Shown here piece by piece: positions 42,416 to 49,860 of a stretch of 64,000 nucleotides of DNA. The notes under the pieces are model-generated. The model was not told the DNA's origin. It saw only the letters and a list, made by a program, of their open reading frames with translations, and made no database searches. Position numbers and translations under genes: made by a program. Each line of letters opens with the position of its first letter. Positions within the stretch are counted from its first letter, which is position 1. The DNA is from an uncultured Oscillospiraceae bacterium (GTDB lineage: Bacteria; Bacillota; Clostridia; Christensenellales; CAG-138), in assembly GCA_964495255.1 (NCBI GenBank), contig CAZBVC010000005.1, positions 20,496-84,495 of the forward strand, read 5' to 3'.

Positions 42416-43255
42416 TCAAAAGCTCTTTTTGATGTATTCGGCAAAGCTGTGCTCGCCATAGCAAACGTCGCCCACCATGGGCTCGGTCAGCGTCCACTTG
42501 CTGAAACGAATAATCGCTTCCTTGCCGTTCTTTTTGAGCTTGTTGACGAACGCGAGCACGTCGAAGAGGAACACAGGCGCGCGCTTGATAACGGCTTGCT
42601 TGCCCGCCGCGGCAAAGCACATGCGCGCGATTTCCTCATAGGTGTAGGTTTCCTTGCCGCCGATGGAGACGGTTTGGTTCTCGTCGCCCATGTGCTTAAC
42701 GATATAGTCCGCGAAGTCGGGCGTGTCGATGACGTTCGCGCTGACGGGGTCGTTGCCCAAAAGTGTGACCTCGCCCTTTTCGATCATGGGCTTAAACACC
42801 TTGACGATGTCGTAAAAATATCCCGTCGGGCGATAGATGATATAGGGGACGCCGCTCTTTTTCAGCTCCTCCTCCATGAGATATTTCGCGTGCAGCATGG
42901 GCACCTTGGGCGCCTTGTCCGCTTTTAGCACGGAGATGTAAACGAATTTCTTCACGCCTGCGCGCTTTGCCTCGTTGAGCAGGTTCAGGTTGCCCTGATA
43001 ATCAATTTGATAATTGGTCACGGTCGCGGAGGTCTTGGTTAACCCTACCGTCGTGACGACCGCGTCCGCGCCGTCGCAAAGCCCTTTCAGCGCATCGGGA
43101 TCGGTCACGTCCAGCTTACGGAACGTATACTTGCCGACAAGACCCAAATCCCGCTCGATCATGTCCGCCGCGACGACCTCGTGCCCCGCTGCGAGCAGAG
43201 CGCGGAAGATGTCGCTGCCCAGGTTGCCGTATGCCCCTGCCAATACGATTTTCAT
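42416..43255 (-). CDS. NmrA-like/atypical SDR NAD(P)H-binding protein (DVR/BciA- and BLVRB-like branch)
   Basis: MKIVLAGAYGNLGS Rossmann motif. The region RPTGYFYDIVKVFKPMIEKGEVTLLGND...IGGKETYTYEEIA... and the C-terminus YGEHSFAEYIKK resemble divinyl-chlorophyllide 8-vinyl reductase as I recall it. Confidence 0.7.
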   Translation of the reverse strand: MKIVLAGAYGNLGSDIFRALLAAGHEVVAADMIERDLGLVGKYTFRKLDVTDPDALKGLCDGADAVVTTVGLTKTSATVTNYQIDYQGNLNLLNEAKRAGVKKFVYISVLKADKAPKVPMLHAKYLMEEELKKSGVPYIIYRPTGYFYDIVKVFKPMIEKGEVTLLGNDPVSANVIDTPDFADYIVKHMGDENQTVSIGGKETYTYEEIARMCFAAAGKQAVIKRAPVFLFDVLAFVNKLKKNGKEAIIRFSKWTLTEPMVGDVCYGEHSFAEYIKKSF

Positions 43256-43460
43256 AGTGTCGTTCCTCCCCGATTTTGAATGTGTAATAAATTACTTTGC
43301 GTGGTTCGTGATGCATTCGCTCGGCTGTCCCGCTCGCGCGCATGACGCGTGTAAGACTATACGTTTTCCGCGCAAAGCGAAGCATACGTCGAAACGGAAT
43401 AAACCTCCGGGGGTTTCGACGCCCGAATCCCCCCAAAGGGTTTTTGACAGAATGAAGGGC

Positions 43461-44387
43461 TCACTTACCCTTTTCCTTGCTGCGCTTGTCGTTGATGATA
43501 TCCATATGCTCCGCGGTGATAAGCGTTACGTCATGCGCGCGCGCCCATTCCACGCAGCCTTTGAGCGCGGTGGGAAGGAAGATGCGTGGAACCTTGATGA
43601 GCTTCATGCAGGCTTCGTCCGTAAACTTGATCACGTCGTCCGCACGGCCCGCCGCGTATTTGACGGATTCGAGGCTCGCTTCGCGGACGGGCAGAAGCTC
43701 GGGGCGCGGGCGGCGATGGCGCGTATACCAGAAGTTCTTGCTGTCGCGATAGCCATAGTCCACGGGAACGCGCGGGAAGTCGCCCGCCTTGACGCCGTTT
43801 AGGATCGCGCTGTAATAGCGCTGTTTCATTAAGATTTTGTCCACGCGCAGGATAAAATGCGCGCCGAACGGGGATGTGATGCCGTTAAAGTCGTGATATG
43901 GGGCGGGATAGCCGTTCAGCTCGCCCGGCTTGTCGTTTTCCGCGCCGTCCAGCTCGCGCATCCAGGTGCACTCCATGACCTGAAACGATTCCGCGATGAC
44001 CAGCGGGAATTTCTCGTCCGGATGCTCCGCCGCCATTTGACCCTCTTCGAGCGTATAGATGCAGCCTTTCATTTTCTCGGCGGGCTTGTCGCCGGGGAAT
44101 CCCATGCGAACGGCTTCCTTAAAGAAGCGCTTGTCGTCGGGGATGAAGTTGAGCGCGCATTTGCCGTAGCGCAAGAGATGCTGGGCGGTGTTGGAGGAGT
44201 TGCGCGTGCAGAGCAGCATGGCGTAATAGTCTCGCCCCGCGATGTAGTACGGCGCAACGAGCGAATACGGCCCGAGCGACGTGCTGCCGTCCTCCGCAAC
44301 GGTGCTGACCATTACGGTCGGCATGGGGAAGAACGCAGACGTTTGGTAGAAGTTATCCACGATTCGGAGATTCTGAAAGCTGGACAT
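43461..44387 (-). CDS. Flavin-reductase-like split-barrel domain protein with C-terminal extension
   Basis: 308 aa. FPMPTVMVSTVAEDGSTSLGPYSLV...CALNFIPDD matches the Flavin_Reduct-type pattern. Confidence 0.65.
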   Translation of the reverse strand: MSSFQNLRIVDNFYQTSAFFPMPTVMVSTVAEDGSTSLGPYSLVAPYYIAGRDYYAMLLCTRNSSNTAQHLLRYGKCALNFIPDDKRFFKEAVRMGFPGDKPAEKMKGCIYTLEEGQMAAEHPDEKFPLVIAESFQVMECTWMRELDGAENDKPGELNGYPAPYHDFNGITSPFGAHFILRVDKILMKQRYYSAILNGVKAGDFPRVPVDYGYRDSKNFWYTRHRRPRPELLPVREASLESVKYAAGRADDVIKFTDEACMKLIKVPRIFLPTALKGCVEWARAHDVTLITAEHMDIINDKRSKEKGK

Positions 44388-44418
44388 AATGGATGGCCCC
44401 CTTTTTTTGATGCGATGC

Positions 44419-44961
44419 TCAGGATCGCTTTTCGTTCAGAACGCGTGCGCAAATACGCAGAAACGCGTCAAACTTCAAATCGGAATCACCCGCGCAGGTG
44501 AGGACGTTCTCCGCGAAGAATACGTCCAAGGGCTCCGTTTCATGCGGATGAAAGCGCAAAAGCACGGGGCGGATGCAGGCGGAAAGCTGGCGAACAAGCA
44601 GGTTATGTCGGCTGCCGTATTCCGTTTTTGCGCCGGGCGAAAACGTATAGCCCGACCAAACGGCGCGGTATTCGCCGTAAAAGCGGGATACGCCGCCGTA
44701 AAGCGCCGAAAGCGCGTCAAGTACGTTTTTGGTCTCCTCGCAGGCGGACTGCATACAGCCCAGCTCGCGGTTCCAATCCGCAAGCATGACGGACGCAACG
44801 AGCATATCCTTGGACGGGAAATAGTTATAGATCGTTCCGACGGCGACGCCGCACGCGCGCGCAACGCTGCGGATGCCAAGGGCGGCATAACCGCGACATA
44901 GCAGCTCCGTTTTCGCGGAGGACAGGATGGATTCGCGCAGATTTTCAATTCGCTTCGGCAT
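44419..44961 (-). CDS. TetR/AcrR family transcriptional regulator
   Basis: Track ORF trimmed to ATG 44961. HTH region GIRSVARACGVAVGTIYNYFPSKDML. Confidence 0.85.
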   Translation of the reverse strand: MPKRIENLRESILSSAKTELLCRGYAALGIRSVARACGVAVGTIYNYFPSKDMLVASVMLADWNRELGCMQSACEETKNVLDALSALYGGVSRFYGEYRAVWSGYTFSPGAKTEYGSRHNLLVRQLSACIRPVLLRFHPHETEPLDVFFAENVLTCAGDSDLKFDAFLRICARVLNEKRS

Positions 44962-45005
44962 AGATAGACCCTCTCGGCCCGTCGTTGTACGAACGTTCAA
45001 AGTTC

Positions 45006-45025
45006 TATATGAACATGTTCATATA
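45006..45025. promoter_or_regulatory. Perfect 20-bp palindrome, candidate TetR operator
   Basis: TATATGAACA|TGTTCATATA lies immediately downstream of the minus-strand -10 box. Confidence 0.55.
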
Positions 45026-45026
45026 A

Positions 45027-45055
45027 AGTGTATGCACATTACGTTTCATTGTCAA
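45027..45055 (-). promoter_or_regulatory. Putative promoter of the TetR (44961) transcription unit
   Basis: Minus strand: TTGACA (45055-45050), 17-nt spacer, TACACT (45032-45027). Confidence 0.5.
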
Positions 45056-45127
45056 GACGCGTTTTCGGAAGATGGAAAATATATTTGCGCGAAATAATAC
45101 TGCGGCGCGCGCAAGCGAAAAAAACGC

Positions 45128-45183
45128 TTGCAATCGGGTCGCGGCGTGCTATACTGCAAATAGTGACGTGAACTGTCGTTCAC
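45128..45183 (+). promoter_or_regulatory. Putative promoter plus downstream inverted repeat for the second TetR operon
   Basis: TTGCAA (45128-45133), 16-nt spacer, TATACT (45150-45155), then GTGAAC-tgtc-GTTCAC (45168-45183). Confidence 0.45.
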
Positions 45184-45235
45184 AAATATTCTATGCGCTT
45201 GTCATGTTCGAATCCGATGCGTTGCGAGATGAAAT

Positions 45236-45928
45236 ATGCTGAAAAAACTGAACGATCGGAAAATCAACGAAATACTGGAAATCGGCATACGCGAGTTTGC
45301 GTCCCGCGGGCCCGAAAAAGCGCGAATCAACGAAATTGCGCGTAAGGCGGACGTCAGCGTCGGGGTGCTGTATAAGTATTTCGAGAATAAGGACGCGCTG
45401 TTTCTCGCGTGCGTGGAGCATGCCTTGCTCGCGCTCGACGAGGCGGTGACGAGCGCGCTTTCGGGCGATTTGCCCATAATGGAGCGCGCGGAGAAGCTCG
45501 TTCGCGCCGTGCTGAAAAGCGCGCGAGAAAAACCCGCCTATCATATTTTGTATCATGAGATCACGTCGGGCGGATGCAGGGAATATGCGCCGCGCTTTGC
45601 GGAGCGGATCGAGGGCGCGACCGCGCGGGCATACACCGCCATGCTTTCTTCGGCAAAGCGGGACGGCGGCGTGCGCGCGGACATGGACGAGCGGCTTTTC
45701 GCGTTCCTTTTCGACAATCTTTTGATGATGCTGCAATTCTCCTATGCCTGCGATTACTATAAAGAGCGGTTTTCGCTTTACCTCGGCACGGATGCAAACG
45801 GGGAAGCGGCGGCGTCTGACGAGGCGGTTGTTTCCGCGTTTTTGGCGTTTGTTTCGTCCGCGCTGGGGGTTGAGGCGACGGGGGATGGGGACAAACGAAA
45901 AGTCGAATCGAAGGGGGAGGGCGTATGA
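45236..45928 (+). CDS. TetR/AcrR family transcriptional regulator
   Basis: HTH region INEIARKADVSVGVLYKYFENKDAL. 230 aa. Confidence 0.85.
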   Translation: MLKKLNDRKINEILEIGIREFASRGPEKARINEIARKADVSVGVLYKYFENKDALFLACVEHALLALDEAVTSALSGDLPIMERAEKLVRAVLKSAREKPAYHILYHEITSGGCREYAPRFAERIEGATARAYTAMLSSAKRDGGVRADMDERLFAFLFDNLLMMLQFSYACDYYKERFSLYLGTDANGEAAASDEAVVSAFLAFVSSALGVEATGDGDKRKVESKGEGV

Positions 45929-47529
45929 CGTATATCCTTGCCTATGACGTCGGTACGACGGGGGTTAAAACCTGTTTGTTTCGCGTGGAGCGGAAGATCG
46001 AGCTTGTTGCGAGCGCACAGCGGGGCTACGGTCTGTATATCCTCGAAAACGGCGGCGCGGAGCAGGACGCGAACGAATGGTGGGACGCCATGTGCCAAAC
46101 CACGCGCGAGCTGTTCCAAAAGGCGGATGTTTCGCCCGCAGAGGTGAGCGGCGTATCCTTTTGCTCACAGATGCAGGGGTTTGTTGCGGTGGACAAGGAC
46201 GGAAACGCGCTGCGTCGACCCATGAGCTATATGGATCAGCGCGCGAAGGCGGAGGTCAGGGCGGGCATAGCCAACGGCGTCAGGATTGCGGGGGCGAACA
46301 TCTTCAAGCTGATTCCGAGCGTCCTTATTACGGGCGCGGTGTCGTCCAGCGTGAAGGATCCGCTCTGGAAATATAAATGGGTGGAGGCGCACGAGCCCGA
46401 GGTTTTTGCGCGCATCCATAAATGGCTGGACGTGAAGGAGTATCTCATTTGCCGCTGTACGGGCGAATGCGTCATGACGGAGGACTCCGCGTATTCGACG
46501 TTCTTATACGACACGCGAAAGGGCAAAGAGGGTTGGAGCAAAACGCTTTGCCGCATATTCGGCGTCAATATAGCGCACCTGCCGCGCATCATCAAAACGA
46601 CGGATCAAGCGGGGTCATTGACAAAACAGGCGGCGGAGGAGCTGGGCCTGCGCGCGGGAACGCCCGTGTTCGGCGGCGGCGGCGACGCGACGCTGATCGG
46701 GATCGGCGCGGGCTGCACGGAGGTCGGCGAAACGCATATCTATTCGGGCACATCGGGCTGGGTATCAACGATCGTGGATCGCCAGCTTGTGGACGCGGAC
46801 GCGATGATCGCCGCAATCGTGAGCGCGCAGCACGGCAGGTATAACTATTTTGCGGAGATGGAGACCGCGGGCAAGTGCCTCGAATGGGTCAAGGAGCATC
46901 TTGCGCTGGACGAGATCGGCGTTTACCTCAAAAAACAGCACGTCGCCGAGGGGCAGGAGGCGACCTACGCGAGCCTTTACGATTATTTGACCGAGACGAT
47001 TCGCAAAATGCCGGCGGGCGCGGGCGGGGTGATCTTTACGCCGTGGCTGCATGGCAACCGCTGCCCGTTCGAGGATCCGAACGCGGCGGGCATGTTCTTC
47101 AACATCCGTCTGGAAACGGGGAAAACGGAGATGATCCGCGCGGTGCTGGAAGGCGTTTGTCACCATCTGCGCTGGATGCTCGAATGTCAGGATCGCAAGA
47201 TCAAAACGTCAAACTCGATCCGCTTTGTGGGCGGCGGCGCGCTTTCGGACGTGACCTGTCAGATTTTGGCGGATATGACGGGGCGCACGATCGAGACCGT
47301 CGCGTCCCCGCAGAACGTCGGCTCGGTGGGTGCGGCGGCGGTCGCCTGCGCGGGGCTGCATATGATCGACGGATTGGGCTGCGTGCGCGAGATGATCCCC
47401 GTTGCGGCGACGTATCGGCCGAACGCGGCGAACAAAGCGGCATACGACCGATCCTATGCGGTATTCAAGAAGCTGTATCGGGCGAATCGGGCGCTGTTTG
47501 CGACAATGAACGGAGGAGCGGACGACTGA
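45925..47529 (+). CDS. FGGY family carbohydrate kinase
   Basis: ILAYDVGTTGVKTCLF N-terminal motif. 534 aa. ATGA overlap with the TetR gene. Confidence 0.85.
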   Translation: MTYILAYDVGTTGVKTCLFRVERKIELVASAQRGYGLYILENGGAEQDANEWWDAMCQTTRELFQKADVSPAEVSGVSFCSQMQGFVAVDKDGNALRRPMSYMDQRAKAEVRAGIANGVRIAGANIFKLIPSVLITGAVSSSVKDPLWKYKWVEAHEPEVFARIHKWLDVKEYLICRCTGECVMTEDSAYSTFLYDTRKGKEGWSKTLCRIFGVNIAHLPRIIKTTDQAGSLTKQAAEELGLRAGTPVFGGGGDATLIGIGAGCTEVGETHIYSGTSGWVSTIVDRQLVDADAMIAAIVSAQHGRYNYFAEMETAGKCLEWVKEHLALDEIGVYLKKQHVAEGQEATYASLYDYLTETIRKMPAGAGGVIFTPWLHGNRCPFEDPNAAGMFFNIRLETGKTEMIRAVLEGVCHHLRWMLECQDRKIKTSNSIRFVGGGALSDVTCQILADMTGRTIETVASPQNVGSVGAAAVACAGLHMIDGLGCVREMIPVAATYRPNAANKAAYDRSYAVFKKLYRANRALFATMNGGADD

Positions 47530-47530
47530 T

Positions 47531-48541
47531 ATGGAGGAAGGATTTGTTTTAATGGATGCGCAGCGCGCGAAGGAAGCGGTTGCGAGCGCGGGGCGCAGGC
47601 TGCTGGATACGGGGCTCGTCACACGCACATGGGGCAACGTCAGCTGCCGCGTGGACGCAGACACGTTCGCCATTACGCCGAGCGGACTGGGCTACGAGCA
47701 TATGACGGCGGACGACGTCGTGCTGTATCATATGGAAAGCGGCGCTTTTGAGGGCGCGCATCAGCCGTCCTCCGAGAAGGGCGTGCACGCTGCGGCATAC
47801 AAGCGTTTTCCGAACGCGGGCTTCGTCATCCATACCCATCAGGATTACGCGAGCGCGCTCGGGCTTGCGGGCTATGAGCCGCTGCTGACCAAAGACGCCA
47901 TGAGCGATTGCCTCGGCGGCGTGGCTTGGGCAAAATACGGTCTGCCCGGCACGAAAAGGCTTGTTCAAAACGTGACAGATGCGATGCAGGGCGGCGCACA
48001 CTGCGTTCTGATGGCGCATCACGGCGCGTTGATCATCGGGCAAAGCGCCAAGGAAGCGTTTTCCCGCGCGGAAGAGCTGGAACGCGCCTGCATGGCGGCG
48101 TGCAAGGGGCAGCCCGAGCAAACGTCGGAAACGGGCGATGCGCTGAACGCGCTCGTTACGCAGCTTGCGGCGGACGGGACGGTTTTTGCGGCAGACGCGC
48201 CGAGCATAATCGCGGCGTCGATGCAGAAAGCGGGGGTTTGCGCGCAGCTCGACGACATGGCGCAAATGCTCGGCTATCGCATCCGATGCGTCAAGCCGAA
48301 CGCGGACGCGGTTTCCCGCGCGCTTCAAAAGCGGGACGCGGTTCTCGTCGAGTGCTTGGGCGCTATCTGCCGCGGCAAAACGGAAGGGGACGCGCATGCG
48401 CTTTGCCTGCTGGTAAGGAAGGCGTGCGTCTGTTTCCTGCATACGCGCGTATGCGGCGAAAAGGCGACGCTTTCGCGGCTCGACGCCGCGCTCATGCACG
48501 CGGTGTATCGGCTCAAATACGCAAAAAAGATCGGGGGATGA
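47531..48541 (+). CDS. Class II aldolase/adducin-fold protein with a second, degenerate half (336 aa)
   Basis: The N-terminal half has GNVSCRV, ITPSGLGYE and VIHTHQDY (His-x-His metal motif). The C-terminal half (about 150 aa) is related in length but lacks the His motif. Confidence 0.75.
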   Translation: MEEGFVLMDAQRAKEAVASAGRRLLDTGLVTRTWGNVSCRVDADTFAITPSGLGYEHMTADDVVLYHMESGAFEGAHQPSSEKGVHAAAYKRFPNAGFVIHTHQDYASALGLAGYEPLLTKDAMSDCLGGVAWAKYGLPGTKRLVQNVTDAMQGGAHCVLMAHHGALIIGQSAKEAFSRAEELERACMAACKGQPEQTSETGDALNALVTQLAADGTVFAADAPSIIAASMQKAGVCAQLDDMAQMLGYRIRCVKPNADAVSRALQKRDAVLVECLGAICRGKTEGDAHALCLLVRKACVCFLHTRVCGEKATLSRLDAALMHAVYRLKYAKKIGG

Positions 48542-49053
48542 AGGGTATGGAAGAAAGCAAAATCAATCAGGCAAGCGGCAAAAAGGAACTTTGGCGAACG
48601 ATCAAGTTCGTGTTGTTTTCCATCAGCGCGGGCGTGATCCAAATCATCAGCTTCACGCTGCTCAACGAGCTGGTGCATTGGCCGGGCTTTGCGGCGAACG
48701 CCGAATACGGGCCGAACTACTTTATCGCGCTGTTGCTTTCGGTCATTTGGAATTTCACGTTTAACCGCAAGTTCACCTTCCAGTCGGCAAACAACGTACC
48801 CGTCGCGATGCTGAAAGTGCTGGGCTATTACGCGGTGTTCACGCCGCTGTCCATCTGGTGGGGCGTGGCGCTGACGCAGGCGGGCTGGAACGAATACGTC
48901 GTTTTGATCGGCACCATGCTGATTAACTTTGTAACCGAGTTCCTTTTCGACCGCTTCATCGTGTTCCGCGCGACGCTCGATACGAACGAGATCGCGCAAA
49001 AGGAGCGCGAGAAAGCCGCCAAAGCCGAGCAGACGGGGAAGGACGAAGCATAA
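48538..49053 (+). CDS. GtrA family membrane protein
   Basis: Track ORF 47908..49053 trimmed to ATG 48538 (ATGA overlap; ATG 48547 is also possible). FVLFSISAGVIQIISFTLL...NFTFNRKFTF is the GtrA-like pattern. Confidence 0.75.
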   Translation: MKGMEESKINQASGKKELWRTIKFVLFSISAGVIQIISFTLLNELVHWPGFAANAEYGPNYFIALLLSVIWNFTFNRKFTFQSANNVPVAMLKVLGYYAVFTPLSIWWGVALTQAGWNEYVVLIGTMLINFVTEFLFDRFIVFRATLDTNEIAQKEREKAAKAEQTGKDEA

Positions 49054-49111
49054 AGCGTAGATTTCACCCTATATTCTGTCATATTGGGCGGAAATATGCT
49101 ATAATGCTCTT

Positions 49112-49771
49112 ATGATACAGAAGAAACGCACCGATTTCGGAAAAGCGAAGCGCAAGGTCGTTCGAACGGTCGCAGGCGCGCTTGCAGCGGCGTCCGTTGT
49201 GATCGGGTCGCTGTTTGCTTCGCCCGACGATCTCATGCAATCGGAGGACGCTTCCGCCCCCTCCTGCACGGCGCCCGCTGCGCAGATCGAAACGGACGAC
49301 GGAACGCGGCGCAGGCAGAACGCGCAAACCGTGAAAAATACCGTTGTCGAACGTATGCGCGGCTTCTTTCTCTCCTGCCCGTATACGGTGCGCGGCGTTG
49401 TCGTGCTGCCGCTCTGGGCGCTCGGGAAGGGCGTCCTGACGTTGGGCTCTGCGGTATTGACCGCGCTTTCGCCGTTTTTCCGTGGCGCGCTCGGGTTTCT
49501 CCTGAACGCATTGCTGCTCGTTGGCGTATTCTTGCTTTTGTACAAATTGATTTTCCCCCATGCGAGCGTCAAAAAGCTGTTGTCGCGCAAAAACCTGATT
49601 CTGATGTGTTCCGCAGCGCTTGCTTTGACTGCCGCCGACGCGCTTTTGAAGCTCTGGTGGGAGGATTATTCGCTCATCAGCACGGCGATCAAGGCGGGCG
49701 TCGGGCTGATTTGCCTCACGCTGATCGCCTTTCGCGTGTTTGGCAAGCGCAGAAAGCCTGCCGCCGCGTAA
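49112..49771 (+). CDS. Membrane protein, unknown function
   Basis: 219 aa. Basic N-terminus, a TM segment, an acidic/Ala-rich linker, then 3-4 more TM segments. Confidence 0.6.
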   Translation: MIQKKRTDFGKAKRKVVRTVAGALAAASVVIGSLFASPDDLMQSEDASAPSCTAPAAQIETDDGTRRRQNAQTVKNTVVERMRGFFLSCPYTVRGVVVLPLWALGKGVLTLGSAVLTALSPFFRGALGFLLNALLLVGVFLLLYKLIFPHASVKKLLSRKNLILMCSAALALTAADALLKLWWEDYSLISTAIKAGVGLICLTLIAFRVFGKRRKPAAA

Positions 49772-49860
49772 ATCTCCTTCGTTAACGATTCTTATGTTCG
49801 GAAACGCATATTACAATTCGCATACGCCGCAGAAAACGCACTTTGCTTGGAGGATTCTTT

